A stretch of DNA of 58,750 nucleotides, from assembly GCA_035451285.1 (NCBI GenBank), contig DAOTOJ010000001.1, forward strand, positions 28,924-87,673. The letters run 5' to 3'. Source of the DNA: Minisyncoccota bacterium (GTDB taxonomy: Bacteria; Patescibacteriota; Minisyncoccia; UBA6257; Brennerbacteraceae). How positions within the stretch are numbered: position 1 is the stretch's first letter; each line of letters starts with the position of its first letter. The notes below the pieces were generated by a model. That model was not told the origin of the DNA. It saw only the letters and a program-made list of their open reading frames with translations, and made no database searches. Positions 34,471-44,145 of this stretch are shown in pieces. Both the position numbers and the translations under genes were made by a program.

Positions 34471-35517
34471 ATGAATATTATTTATATTATTGGAGGAGTT
34501 TTAATAGGAATAGTTTTAGGAATAGTAATAGCCAGGTTTTTATCAAAGAATAATACTAATACCGAGGTTAAAGAATTAAAGGACTCGATTAATCAGATGC
34601 AGATTCAATTAATGGAACATTTAGCAAATCAATTAAATAATGTTAGGGGTTCTGTTGAACAATCTTCAAATTTAGTTAACAAAGAGGTAAGCTTGTTTAC
34701 CCAAAGAGTCACTGAAATGAGAGACGCTTTAACGCAGGTTCACGAATCAGTCAATGATGTTAAATCTTTTCAGGAATTATTAAAATCTCCTAAATTGCGT
34801 GGTAATTGGGGAGAAGCTTCATTGGAACATTTACTAAGAGAGTATTATCCAAAAGAGCTTTATGAAATTCAATATTTATTTTCAAATAACGAAAGGGCCG
34901 ATGCTGTTTTTAAACTTCCCAATAATAAATTAATAGCTATTGATTCTAAATTTCCCTTAGAAAATTTTTCTAAGATGACAGAAGCTGAAACCCTTGAAGA
35001 GAAACAGACTTTTGCCAAGATATTTACCAGTGATGTTAAAAAAAGAATAGACGAGATTGCTTCTAAATATATTTTGCCCCAAGAAGGAACTTTGGATTTT
35101 GCTATTATGTATGTACCAGCAGAAGCTGTTTATTATGAAATGATTAATCCAGCATCTCAATTGATTAAAGAAAATTTATCTGACTATGCTTGGAAAAGAA
35201 AAATTATTATTACTTCACCCAATTTGCTGTATTTAACATTAGTCACTATTGAGCACTGGTTTAAAGATATTCAAGTTTCAAAACAAACCCAAGAAATTTT
35301 GAAAAGATTCGAGCAAATAAAAAAAGATAGCGAAAAGTTAGAAGAAAGTTTTAGAAAATTAGGCAGCCATTTATCAAATGCTCAATCGTCTTATGAAAAT
35401 TCCGAAAAAAGATTATCTTTTATGACCGGTAAAATAGATAAATTAGTTTCTGGGAAAATCAAGGAAAATGATTTGTTAGAAGATGAAAATGATGAAAATA
35501 AAGATAGCGAAGATTAA
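34471..35517 (+). CDS. rmuC: DNA recombination protein RmuC
   Basis: N-terminal TM plus coiled coil. The RmuC core has GNWGEASLEHLL and DAVFKLPNNKLIAIDSKFPLE (PD-(D/E)xK-like). The ATG at 34471 is preferred over the TTG at 34450. Confidence 0.8.
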   Translation: MNIIYIIGGVLIGIVLGIVIARFLSKNNTNTEVKELKDSINQMQIQLMEHLANQLNNVRGSVEQSSNLVNKEVSLFTQRVTEMRDALTQVHESVNDVKSFQELLKSPKLRGNWGEASLEHLLREYYPKELYEIQYLFSNNERADAVFKLPNNKLIAIDSKFPLENFSKMTEAETLEEKQTFAKIFTSDVKKRIDEIASKYILPQEGTLDFAIMYVPAEAVYYEMINPASQLIKENLSDYAWKRKIIITSPNLLYLTLVTIEHWFKDIQVSKQTQEILKRFEQIKKDSEKLEESFRKLGSHLSNAQSSYENSEKRLSFMTGKIDKLVSGKIKENDLLEDENDENKDSED

Positions 35518-35522
35518 AATTT

Positions 35523-36065
35523 ATGTTAGAAACTTCTCACGTAGTAGTTGGAATGGCAATTGGTAAATATGTTCCCAACCCTTTGTTAGCTTTTGTTTTT
35601 TCTTTTTTGTCGCATTTTATATTAGATTTTATACCTCATTGGGATGGCGATTTTAAAAAAGTCAATAGTTCTAATTCAAAAGCTCCAAGGATTTTAACAG
35701 ATAGGGAAAAGTTCTTTTCAAAAGAAATTCAAAAAGTTTTAAAATGTGATATTTTAGCTAGTTTTATCCTTTTTATTTATTTTTCTGTTTCGAAAATTAT
35801 TTGGCCTAATTTTCCAGACCCTTTTTCGTTTTTTAATTTTTTAATAGCCAATCCTTCCTGGCCCTTAGGAGTTTTGGGAGCTATTTTGCCAGATTTGTTA
35901 ACTTATTTTGATTTTTTAACTGGCTTTACTAATGAAAAGTGTTTTATAATTTTTAAAAAATTAAAGATGTTTCATAAAAAAATTCAGCATTCAGCCCCCA
36001 AAATCCAGGGCTTAGTGGTTCAAGCAGCTTTAATTATAAGCATAATTTTAGTTTTAAATAATTAG
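35523..36065 (+). CDS. Membrane protein, possibly a YdjM/DUF457-type metal-dependent hydrolase
   Basis: Hydrophobic 180-aa ORF with His-rich motifs near the N-terminus (TSHVVVG, SHFILDFIPHWD). Assignment is weak. Confidence 0.4.
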   Translation: MLETSHVVVGMAIGKYVPNPLLAFVFSFLSHFILDFIPHWDGDFKKVNSSNSKAPRILTDREKFFSKEIQKVLKCDILASFILFIYFSVSKIIWPNFPDPFSFFNFLIANPSWPLGVLGAILPDLLTYFDFLTGFTNEKCFIIFKKLKMFHKKIQHSAPKIQGLVVQAALIISIILVLNN

Positions 36066-36172
36066 AGTGATTTAGGATTTTTAATAAATAAAGAAATAAA
36101 AAATTTATAATAATTTCTAAATAGCTTGACTTTAATTAAGTGAAGTATTAAATTATATCAATTATTAATTTT

Positions 36173-36649
36173 ATGATAGAAGAACCGTATTATGTTTCAA
36201 AAGAAGCTTTTGAAAAGCTTAAAGAAAAGCTTGATTTTTTGAAAAATGTCGAGAGAAGAAGAATTGCTAACAAAATAAAAGAAGCAATGAGTTTGGGTGA
36301 TTTGTCAGAAAATTCAGAGTATCAAGCAGCCAAAGAAGAGCAAGCTTTAAATGAATCAAAAATAGCTGAGTTAGAAGATTTGCTAAGGCGAGCAGTTTTT
36401 ATTAAAAAAAGCAAAGATAATTCAATGGTTTCTGTTGGTTCCAAGGTAGAAGTCGAAAAAAGTGGCAAAAAATTCAATTTTACAATTGTAGGACCGGCAG
36501 AATCTGATCCGGAAAATGGATTTATTTCTAATGAATCTTTGCTTGGTAAAACTCTCTTAGGCAAAAAGAAGGGGGAAACAGTATCAATTAAATTACCCAA
36601 TGACCAGGAAATAAAATATAAAATTATAAACATCTCTAGCGGTTCTTAA
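36173..36649 (+). CDS. greA: Transcription elongation factor GreA
   Basis: GDLSENSEYQAAKEEQ acidic coiled-coil tip motif and a C-terminal FKBP-like domain. 158 aa. Confidence 0.92.
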   Translation: MIEEPYYVSKEAFEKLKEKLDFLKNVERRRIANKIKEAMSLGDLSENSEYQAAKEEQALNESKIAELEDLLRRAVFIKKSKDNSMVSVGSKVEVEKSGKKFNFTIVGPAESDPENGFISNESLLGKTLLGKKKGETVSIKLPNDQEIKYKIINISSGS

Positions 36650-36659
36650 TATAAAAACT

Positions 36660-38114
36660 ATGGCAACCCTTGAGGAAATAAGAGAAAATAGACTAAAAAA
36701 AATTGAGGAGCTTAAAAAAATAGGAATAAATCCCTATCCTGCCAAAATAAAAATTAGCGGCAAAGTTATTAAAATAGCTCAAGCTAAAAAATCTTTATCT
36801 AAAACAGTGTTGATAGCTGGGAAAATTTTTGCAATTAGAGAACATGGTTCGATGCTTTTTATGGATTTAAAAGATGAATCTGGAAAAATTCAATTATGGT
36901 TTCAGAAAAATAATTTAAAAGATGACTTTAAAATTTTAAATTTAATTGACAGTGGCGATTATTTGGCGGCTAAAGGAAAGGTTATCAAAAGTAAAACCAA
37001 CGAGATAACTTTAGATGTTAAAAAATTTCAATTGCTGAGCAAGTCTTTAAGACCTTTACCCAAAGAGTGGTATGGATTAAAAGATATAGAGGAACGATAC
37101 CGTAAAAGATATTTGGATTTGCTTTTAAATGAAGAAATTAGGAAAAAATTTGATATTAGAACTAAGCTAGTTTCTTTAATCAGGAAATATTTAGATAGTT
37201 TAGATTATTTTGAAGTAGAGACTCCTATTTTGCAGCCTCTTTATGGGGGAGCTAATGCTAAGCCATTTAAAACCCATTTAAATTCTTTAGATATTGATGT
37301 TTATTTAAGGATTGCTACTGAACTATATTTAAAAAGGTTAATTATTGGCGGTTACCAAAGGGTATATGAGATAGGCAAAGATTTTAGAAATGAAGGTATT
37401 GATCAAAGCCACTTTCCAGAATTTACAATGATTGAATGGTATGAAGCTTATGCTGATTATCAAAGGATGATGGAAGTTACTGAAGGGTTATTCAAATATT
37501 TGGCTAAAAATATCTTTGGAAACTATATTTTAAATGTTAATCAATACAAAATAGATATAGGTAAAAAATGGAAGAAAATAAAAATGGTCGACCTTTTAAA
37601 AGAAATTTTAAATTTAGACATTAACAAAGAAACCACTGAAAGTTTATTATCTTTCTGCAAAAAAAACAAAATAGATATTCTTGGCAAGGAAACTAAGGGG
37701 CAATTAATTTATTTAATTTTTGAGCATTTGGTTACTGATAAATTGATTGAACCAACTTGGGTTATTGATTATCCTAAAGATGTTTCACCATTAGCAAAAA
37801 ATAAAGAAGAAGATTCCAATTGGGTTGATAGATTTGAGGGATATATTGGAGGCAAAGAAATCTGCGATGGCTGGAGCGAGTTAACTGATCCAATAGAACA
37901 AAGAAAAAGATTTGAATTAGATAAAAAATCAGTTAGAGTTGATCAAGAAGAAGCTCAGCAAGTTGATGAAGACTTCTTGGTGGCTATGGAATATGGAATG
38001 CCTCCTTTAGGTGGAATTGGAATAGGGATAGACCGATTAACAATGTTTTTTACCAATACTTGGCAAATTAAAGAAGTGATTCTTTTTCCAACCCTAAGAC
38101 CCAAAGATAAATAA
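36660..38114 (+). CDS. lysS: Lysyl-tRNA synthetase (class II)
   Basis: OB-fold N-terminus plus class II motifs (FRNEGID, EICDGWSELTDP, GMPPLGGIGIGIDRL). Confidence 0.93.
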   Translation: MATLEEIRENRLKKIEELKKIGINPYPAKIKISGKVIKIAQAKKSLSKTVLIAGKIFAIREHGSMLFMDLKDESGKIQLWFQKNNLKDDFKILNLIDSGDYLAAKGKVIKSKTNEITLDVKKFQLLSKSLRPLPKEWYGLKDIEERYRKRYLDLLLNEEIRKKFDIRTKLVSLIRKYLDSLDYFEVETPILQPLYGGANAKPFKTHLNSLDIDVYLRIATELYLKRLIIGGYQRVYEIGKDFRNEGIDQSHFPEFTMIEWYEAYADYQRMMEVTEGLFKYLAKNIFGNYILNVNQYKIDIGKKWKKIKMVDLLKEILNLDINKETTESLLSFCKKNKIDILGKETKGQLIYLIFEHLVTDKLIEPTWVIDYPKDVSPLAKNKEEDSNWVDRFEGYIGGKEICDGWSELTDPIEQRKRFELDKKSVRVDQEEAQQVDEDFLVAMEYGMPPLGGIGIGIDRLTMFFTNTWQIKEVILFPTLRPKDK

Positions 38115-38117
38115 TTT

Positions 38118-39290
38118 ATGAAACTAAAAGAAATCAAAATATTTAAAGTTCTAGGGTTTCGTGGAATTTGGACTGTTAAGATAGTTGTTTTTGATGAAAA
38201 TGAATACTCTGCATCAATAGTTGTTCCAATAGGCAAATCTAAAGGAAAATTTGAAGTCAAAAATCTCGATCCGGATGTAGCGATTTTAAAAAGCAAAGAG
38301 ATTTCCGATTATTTAAAGAATTTAAATCTAGAAGATCAAGAAACTATTGATAATAAATTAGTTGAATTTGATAAAACTCCAAACTTTGAAAATTTGGGAG
38401 GAAATGTTGCTTTAGGAATAAGTTTAGCTTGTGCTAGATTAGCTAGCATAAATTTTAAAATTCCATTTTATAAATATCTTTATTTTTTAAGAAAAGGCAA
38501 TTATAATTCTTTTATTTATAAAGCTCCGAGAATTCTTTTTAATATAGCTGAAGGTGGGGTTCACGCTGATAATAATTTAGAATTTCAGGAGCATTTAGTC
38601 TCTTTTAAAAATCAGGCTATTTTTTCTCAAATTCAAAATCTAAAAGAATTTAATAGTTTATTTTTAAATATTATAAAAAGGGAAAATAAGAAAATAGTTT
38701 TTGGAGATGAGGGCGGTTGGGCTGGAAATTATCAAAACGAAGAAGCCCTAATTAATACCTTATTTGATTTAAAACTTAGCTCAAAAGCCGATTTAGATAT
38801 AGGACTAGATATTGCTTCCTCAAGTATTTCTAATTTTGAACCAAAAATATTTTTGAAAAGATACTTAGAATTTTTTGAAAAATTTGGATTATTTTATTTT
38901 GAAGATCCTTTTCCAGAAGAAGGTTTTGAAAATTTTTATCAGGATTTTTATGCGCAAACTAAAAATAAGGCTTTAATTGTTGGAGATGATTTGATTTCAA
39001 CGAATCCGGAATTAGTAAAAATAGTTGATAGCAAGAAAATGATAAATGGGGTAATTGTTAAACCAGATCAAGTTGGAACTCTTTCTAAAACCCTAGAAAC
39101 TATTAAATTAGCAAAAGAAAATAATTGGAGAATCGTTGTTTCCCATAGATCTCAAGAAACTTTAGATAATTATTTGGCTGATTTAGCCATTGGAGCAGAA
39201 GCTGATTTTGTAAAATTTGGCGCTTTTTATCAAGGAGAAAGATTAGCTAAATACAATAGACTCTTGGAAATCGAATCAGAGGTTCTTTAA
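38118..39290 (+). CDS. eno: Enolase (divergent, short: 390 aa)
   Basis: Matches to enolase active-site blocks: FGDEGGWA, DIGLDIASS, YFEDPFPEE, IVGDDLISTNP, VIVKPDQVGTLS, SHRSQETLD, and RLAKYNRLLEIE. Confidence 0.8.
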   Translation: MKLKEIKIFKVLGFRGIWTVKIVVFDENEYSASIVVPIGKSKGKFEVKNLDPDVAILKSKEISDYLKNLNLEDQETIDNKLVEFDKTPNFENLGGNVALGISLACARLASINFKIPFYKYLYFLRKGNYNSFIYKAPRILFNIAEGGVHADNNLEFQEHLVSFKNQAIFSQIQNLKEFNSLFLNIIKRENKKIVFGDEGGWAGNYQNEEALINTLFDLKLSSKADLDIGLDIASSSISNFEPKIFLKRYLEFFEKFGLFYFEDPFPEEGFENFYQDFYAQTKNKALIVGDDLISTNPELVKIVDSKKMINGVIVKPDQVGTLSKTLETIKLAKENNWRIVVSHRSQETLDNYLADLAIGAEADFVKFGAFYQGERLAKYNRLLEIESEVL

Positions 39291-39344
39291 TTTTTGGTTA
39301 TTTTTTGCTAAAGTTGATAACCCTTTAAATTAGTTTTTAAAAGT

Positions 39345-40598
39345 ATGAAAATAAAAGATCTCAAATTTGAAAAACTTAAAACTCAAAGTGGCACTCCTTT
39401 ATTTATTTTAAATTTACCCTATGTTAATACAATTGCTAGTGGAGTTTTGATAAAAGCTGGCACTAGAGATGAAATTTGGCCCAAGGAAGCTGGTTTAGCT
39501 CATGCTTTAGAACATATGAGTTTTCAAGCGACAAAAAAATTCAAAAATAGCCAAGAAGTTTCTTCTTATTTGGAAGAAATCGGGGGTTATTTAAATGCTT
39601 TTACTACTCAAGAAGGAATATTTTTTCACAATATTGTTCCTAAAGAATATTTCGAAAGAGCTATTATTTCTTTAAGTGAGTTAGTTAATAATTCTTTAAT
39701 TCCTAAAGATAAAATAAAAATTGAAATGAGAAACATTGCTGAAGAAATAAAAATGTATTTTGATAATCCGGTTTCTTATATAACTATGGAAGCTTTAAAA
39801 TTTATTTATGGCAAGCATCCTTTGGGCAAAAATATTTTAGGAACAGCTAATTCTGTTTTATCCCTTAGGCAAGAAGATTTCTTTAATTTTAAAAAACGTT
39901 ATTTTAATTCTAATAACTATGTTTTTATTTGTGTGGGCAATATTAAATCCGAAGATGCTTTAAAACTTTTTGATGAATATTTTGAAAGAATACCGGGTTC
40001 AGTAAATAAAAGATTGATAGTAAAACCCTCAAAAACTACTAAAAAAACTTTAATTAAAACCAGAAAAGATATCACTCAAACACAGGTTTTACTTTTAGCG
40101 CCAACCGTTGAAGCAAAATCTTTTGAAGCCAAAGTTTTAGATTTATATTCAGTAATGTTATCAGGGGGGATGTCATTTCCTTTATTTCAAGAATTAAGAG
40201 ATAAGAGGGGATTATGCTATTATGTCAGCGCTTCTTTAGACGAATTTTCCGATTCCAGTTTATTTTCTGTTTATCTTGGAACTGATCCTAAAAAATATCA
40301 AGAAGCAATAGATGTTTCTTTGGAAATCATTAATTCAAATAAAAATAACCAACAGTTGATGACTAAAGCCAAAGATTTAACCTTAGGGCGATTAAGTTTA
40401 GTTTTTGATGATCCAAAATCAATTTTAAATTTAGCAATTTCTGACGTTTTAATAGGGGAAGAGCCTAAAACTTACAACCAGATTAAACAAGAAATAGAAA
40501 AAATTTCAATAGATGATATTGAAGAAGCTGTTAGTAATTATTTATTAAAAGGCAACTTAAGACAGGTTTTGCTTGTTCCCCAAATTAAAAATAGCTAA
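39345..40598 (+). CDS. M16-family zinc metallopeptidase (insulinase/pitrilysin-like)
   Basis: Inverted zinc motif HxxEH (GLAHALEHMSF), with downstream Glu in the EEIGGYLNAFT context. Confidence 0.8.
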   Translation: MKIKDLKFEKLKTQSGTPLFILNLPYVNTIASGVLIKAGTRDEIWPKEAGLAHALEHMSFQATKKFKNSQEVSSYLEEIGGYLNAFTTQEGIFFHNIVPKEYFERAIISLSELVNNSLIPKDKIKIEMRNIAEEIKMYFDNPVSYITMEALKFIYGKHPLGKNILGTANSVLSLRQEDFFNFKKRYFNSNNYVFICVGNIKSEDALKLFDEYFERIPGSVNKRLIVKPSKTTKKTLIKTRKDITQTQVLLLAPTVEAKSFEAKVLDLYSVMLSGGMSFPLFQELRDKRGLCYYVSASLDEFSDSSLFSVYLGTDPKKYQEAIDVSLEIINSNKNNQQLMTKAKDLTLGRLSLVFDDPKSILNLAISDVLIGEEPKTYNQIKQEIEKISIDDIEEAVSNYLLKGNLRQVLLVPQIKNS

Positions 40599-40602
40599 AT
40601 TT

Positions 40603-41163
40603 ATGAATTTAAATAGAGAAGATGCTTACAACCTTTTAGAAAAATATCTTAAAAATAAAAATTTAATAAAACATTCGTTAGCAGTAGAGGCTTTAATGAA
40701 AGCTTTAGCTAAGAAATTCAACGAAAACGAAGAACTTTGGTCAATTACTGGTTTACTTCATGATTTAGATTGGGAAATGACCCAAAATGAACCAGAAAAG
40801 CATTCATTAATTGCTTATGAGATTTTAAAAGAAAATGGCTATCCAGAAGAAATAGCCAAAGCTATAAAAATTCATAATCATTTACATCATTTGGAGCCAG
40901 AAACTTTAATGGAAAAAGCCCTCTATTCTACAGAAGAAATTACTGGATTAATAGTTGCGGCAACTTTAGTTTTGCCAAGTAAATCAATAAAAGATTTAAC
41001 AGTTGATAGTATCTTAAAAAGATTTAAGGAAAAGGCATTTGCTAGGGGAGTTGATCGTCAATTAATTAATTTAACGCCTCAGTATTTAGGAATTTCTTTA
41101 GAGGAATTAGCTAAAATTGCCTTAAAAGCAATGCAAGAAATTTCTAAAGAATTACAACTTTAA
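40603..41163 (+). CDS. HD/HDIG-domain phosphohydrolase
   Basis: H...HD motif (IKHSLAVEA...GLLHDLDW) and later His residues (IHNHLHH). The ATG at 40603 is preferred over the in-gene TTG at 40573. Confidence 0.7.
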   Translation: MNLNREDAYNLLEKYLKNKNLIKHSLAVEALMKALAKKFNENEELWSITGLLHDLDWEMTQNEPEKHSLIAYEILKENGYPEEIAKAIKIHNHLHHLEPETLMEKALYSTEEITGLIVAATLVLPSKSIKDLTVDSILKRFKEKAFARGVDRQLINLTPQYLGISLEELAKIALKAMQEISKELQL

Positions 41164-41309
41164 TTACTAATAACTTGTTTTTGGGGTTCTAAAATGGTAT
41201 TATTAATAGATAAAAATGACTCAGAATAACAATTAGAAATTAGTTATGATGAGTGTAAAAGGTAAAAGAAATTTTGAAAATTACTAAAGTAAATTAAGTT
41301 AATTTTTAT

Positions 41310-41382
41310 CCCCCCATAGCTCAATTGGTAGAGCAACAGCCTTTTAAGCTGGTGGTTGGAGGTTCGAGACCTCCTGGGGGGA
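41310..41382 (+). tRNA. tRNA-Lys (anticodon UUU)
   Basis: Hand-folded cloverleaf. Acceptor CCCCCCA/TGGGGGG, D arm GCTC..GAGC, anticodon loop CTTTTAA, and T arm GGAGG-TTCGAGA-CCTCC. No CCA is encoded. Confidence 0.9.
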
Positions 41383-41397
41383 CAAATTTTTAAAAAG

Positions 41398-41427
41398 TTA
41401 GAATTTTTACTTAAGTTTTGCTATAAT
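41398..41427 (+). promoter_or_regulatory. Extended -10 promoter (TTAGAA-18-TGcTATAAT) 11 nt upstream of the murG ATG
   Basis: TG at 41419-41420, TATAAT at 41422-41427, and ATG at 41439. Confidence 0.4.
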
Positions 41428-41438
41428 ATTCTATATTT

Positions 41439-42614
41439 ATGGCATTATTTTCGAATTCTCAAATAAGAGTAGTTTTGACAGGTGGGGGAACTGGTGGACA
41501 CATCTTCCCCTTATTAGCAGTAGCTGATGAATTACGAGAAATAGCTTCTAAATATAATATTTATTTGAAAATTTATTATGTAGGACCAATAACTGGACCA
41601 TTTAGTTTTAGTCCCGATCTTTTTGAAAATAAATATATTGAGGTTGTACCAATAAAAGCTGTTAGTTTTTCAAATGCTTCCAATCCCTTAGAATTTTTTA
41701 AAGCATTTTTTAATAATTTAGGTGGATTTTTACAAGCTTTATGGCAAATATGGAAAATTATGCCCGATGTTGTTTTTTCAAAAGGGGGATATGGTTCGCT
41801 AGCTGTTTCAATTACCAGTTTTTTATATTTAATTCCAATTTTGATTCATGAATCGGATTCGATTCCTGGAAAAACTAATTTATTTTTGAAAAATTTAGCA
41901 AAAAGAATAGCTATTTCTTTTGAAAGATCAGCTTCTTATTTTCCATTACATAAAACTGCTTTAGTTGGCAACCCAACAAGAAAAATATTTTTTCAAGAAT
42001 ACGATAAAAATAAGGCTTATAGCCTTTTAAAAGTTAGTAAAAGTCTACCAATAGTTTTGATATTGGGTGGTTCTCAAGGAGCTCGCAGAATAAATTCCTT
42101 GATTTTAGATATTTTACCATTACTAGTTCAAAATTATTACGTTATTCATCAATGTGGCGAAAGAAATTTTCAGGAGGTGAAACAAGAATCGCGGTTTATT
42201 TTAAAAGGATTAGACGATGAAATAGCACAAAGATATAAATTGCATTCCTTATTAGACGAAGAAGAAATGGTTGGTGCTTTAGAAATAGCAGATTTAGTAA
42301 TTGCTAGAAGCGGAAGTGGCACAATCTTTGAAATTGCCGCCAAAGGAAAACCAGCAATTTTGATTCCTTTATCAACTTCAGCTTCTGGCCATCAATTGGA
42401 AAATGCTTTGGAATTTGCCAAAAATGGGGGAGCTATTATTTTAGAAGAACAAAATTTAAAATCAAGAATTTTACTTGAACAAATTAGTATTTTGCTCAAT
42501 AATAAAGAAAAATTAAAAGAAATGGCTTTAAATTCTAAAAAGTTTTCAAAACCAGAGGCAAGTTTTAAAATCGCCCAAGAACTTTTAAATCTAGCTAACG
42601 TTAATTTAAATTAA
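41439..42614 (+). CDS. murG: UDP-GlcNAc:lipid I N-acetylglucosaminyltransferase MurG
   Basis: N-terminal GGTGGHIFP motif. C-terminal GT28 region (ARSGSGTIFEIAAKGKPAILIP...HQLENA). Confidence 0.88.
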   Translation: MALFSNSQIRVVLTGGGTGGHIFPLLAVADELREIASKYNIYLKIYYVGPITGPFSFSPDLFENKYIEVVPIKAVSFSNASNPLEFFKAFFNNLGGFLQALWQIWKIMPDVVFSKGGYGSLAVSITSFLYLIPILIHESDSIPGKTNLFLKNLAKRIAISFERSASYFPLHKTALVGNPTRKIFFQEYDKNKAYSLLKVSKSLPIVLILGGSQGARRINSLILDILPLLVQNYYVIHQCGERNFQEVKQESRFILKGLDDEIAQRYKLHSLLDEEEMVGALEIADLVIARSGSGTIFEIAAKGKPAILIPLSTSASGHQLENALEFAKNGGAIILEEQNLKSRILLEQISILLNNKEKLKEMALNSKKFSKPEASFKIAQELLNLANVNLN

Positions 42615-42624
42615 ATTTATAATT

Positions 42625-44145
42625 ATGGAAGCATATCAGCAAAAATTTGAACAATTAAATGGCGCTGTAAGAGTAAGATTTGCCCCTTCGCCAACCGGAT
42701 TTTTGCATATTGGCAGTGCTCGAACCGCTTTGTTTAACTATCTATTTGCTAAAGCTAATAATGGAATATTTATTTTAAGGATTGAAGATACAGATAGGGA
42801 AAGATCTTTAAAAATTTACGAAGACGATATTTTAGAAGGGTTAAAATGGCTTGGTTTAAACTGGGATGAAGGTCCGGAAATAGGAGGGGATTATGGTCCT
42901 TATTATCAGTCTCAAAGAATTGAAATTTATCAACAATATCTTGAAAGATTAATATCTGAAGATAAGGCTTATCGTTGTTTTTGTACTAAAGAAGAGTTAA
43001 CGGCTTTAAAACAAGAAATGCAAAGCAGAGGAGAGATTTATAAATATAATGGAAAATGCCGTAATTTAACTAACCAGGAAATTGAAAGCAATTTAAAGGA
43101 AAATAAACCATTCATTGTTAGGTTAAAAACTCCTTCCATAAAAGTAACATTTAATGATTTGATAAGGGGAAAAATAACCAGTGATTTATCATTATTGGGT
43201 GATTTTACTATTTCTCGGGGTTTTAATGAGCCTCTTTATAATTTTACAGCGGCAATTGATGATTATGAAATGAAAATAACCCAGGTAATTAGAGGAGAAG
43301 ACCACATTCCCAATACTTCTAAACAAATTATAATTCAACAACTTCTAGGTTTTGATAGCCCCTTATACGCCCATATTCCTTTAATTTTGGGTCCAGACAG
43401 ATCAAAACTTTCTAAAAGACACGGGGCAACAAGCTTAAAAAATTATAAAGAAGATGGTTACTTATCAGAAGCTTTGGTAAATTTTTTAGCGCTACTTGGT
43501 TGGCATTCTTCCTCAGATCGAGAAATTTATTCTTTAGAAGAGTTATGCCGCGAATTTTCTCTTGACAGAGTTCAAAAATCTGGAGCAATATTTAATATTA
43601 ATAAATTAGATTGGTTCAACCATTATTATTTGGGCAAAAAAGATTTAAATGATTTATTGCCCCAAGCTCTAGAATTTTATTTTAAAGAAAATATTTTAAA
43701 GCCTAAAGAAGAAGAATGGTTGTTTGAATCAGCTTCCGGGGAAGTTTTTGATAAAAACTATTTATTTAAAGTTTTAAGTCTTTTGATTGAAAGAATAAAG
43801 AAATTGTCGCAATTAGTAGAATTATCAGATTTCTTTTTTAAAGAACCTCAATACAATTCTGATTTATTAATTTGGAGGGACGTAACGAAAGAAAAAATAA
43901 AAGAAAATTTAGAAAAAATGTTGGAAAAAATCAATGAAATTAAAGAAGAAGATTTTACTAAAGAAAATTTAGAAAAAGCTATAATGGTATTATATCAAGA
44001 CGATAGGGGAGAGTTTCTTTGGCCATTAAGAGCTTGTTTAACCGGCAAGGAATCATCTCCTGGGCCATTTGAAATAGCGGAAATTTTAGGGAAAGAAAAA
44101 ACTATTAAAAGAATAAACTATGCCATCAATCTTTTGGAAAAATAA
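42625..44145 (+). CDS. gltX: Glutamyl-tRNA synthetase
   Basis: RFAPSPTGFLHIGSART (HIGH-type) and KLSKRHGA (KMSKS-type) motifs. Confidence 0.93.
   Translation: MEAYQQKFEQLNGAVRVRFAPSPTGFLHIGSARTALFNYLFAKANNGIFILRIEDTDRERSLKIYEDDILEGLKWLGLNWDEGPEIGGDYGPYYQSQRIEIYQQYLERLISEDKAYRCFCTKEELTALKQEMQSRGEIYKYNGKCRNLTNQEIESNLKENKPFIVRLKTPSIKVTFNDLIRGKITSDLSLLGDFTISRGFNEPLYNFTAAIDDYEMKITQVIRGEDHIPNTSKQIIIQQLLGFDSPLYAHIPLILGPDRSKLSKRHGATSLKNYKEDGYLSEALVNFLALLGWHSSSDREIYSLEELCREFSLDRVQKSGAIFNINKLDWFNHYYLGKKDLNDLLPQALEFYFKENILKPKEEEWLFESASGEVFDKNYLFKVLSLLIERIKKLSQLVELSDFFFKEPQYNSDLLIWRDVTKEKIKENLEKMLEKINEIKEEDFTKENLEKAIMVLYQDDRGEFLWPLRACLTGKESSPGPFEIAEILGKEKTIKRINYAINLLEK

Noticed and set aside
34957-35160. 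67-aa antisense ORF inside rmuC.
   Set aside because: It is nested antisense and has no motif.
36322-38296. Long antisense ORFs 36322-36633 (103 aa, inside greA) and 37955-38296 (113 aa, spanning the lysS end and eno start).
   Set aside because: Both overlap strongly supported genes on the opposite strand. The second crosses a 3-nt intergenic junction of two co-directional genes, leaving no room for its own signals. They might merit a conservation check only if antisense coding is specifically of interest.
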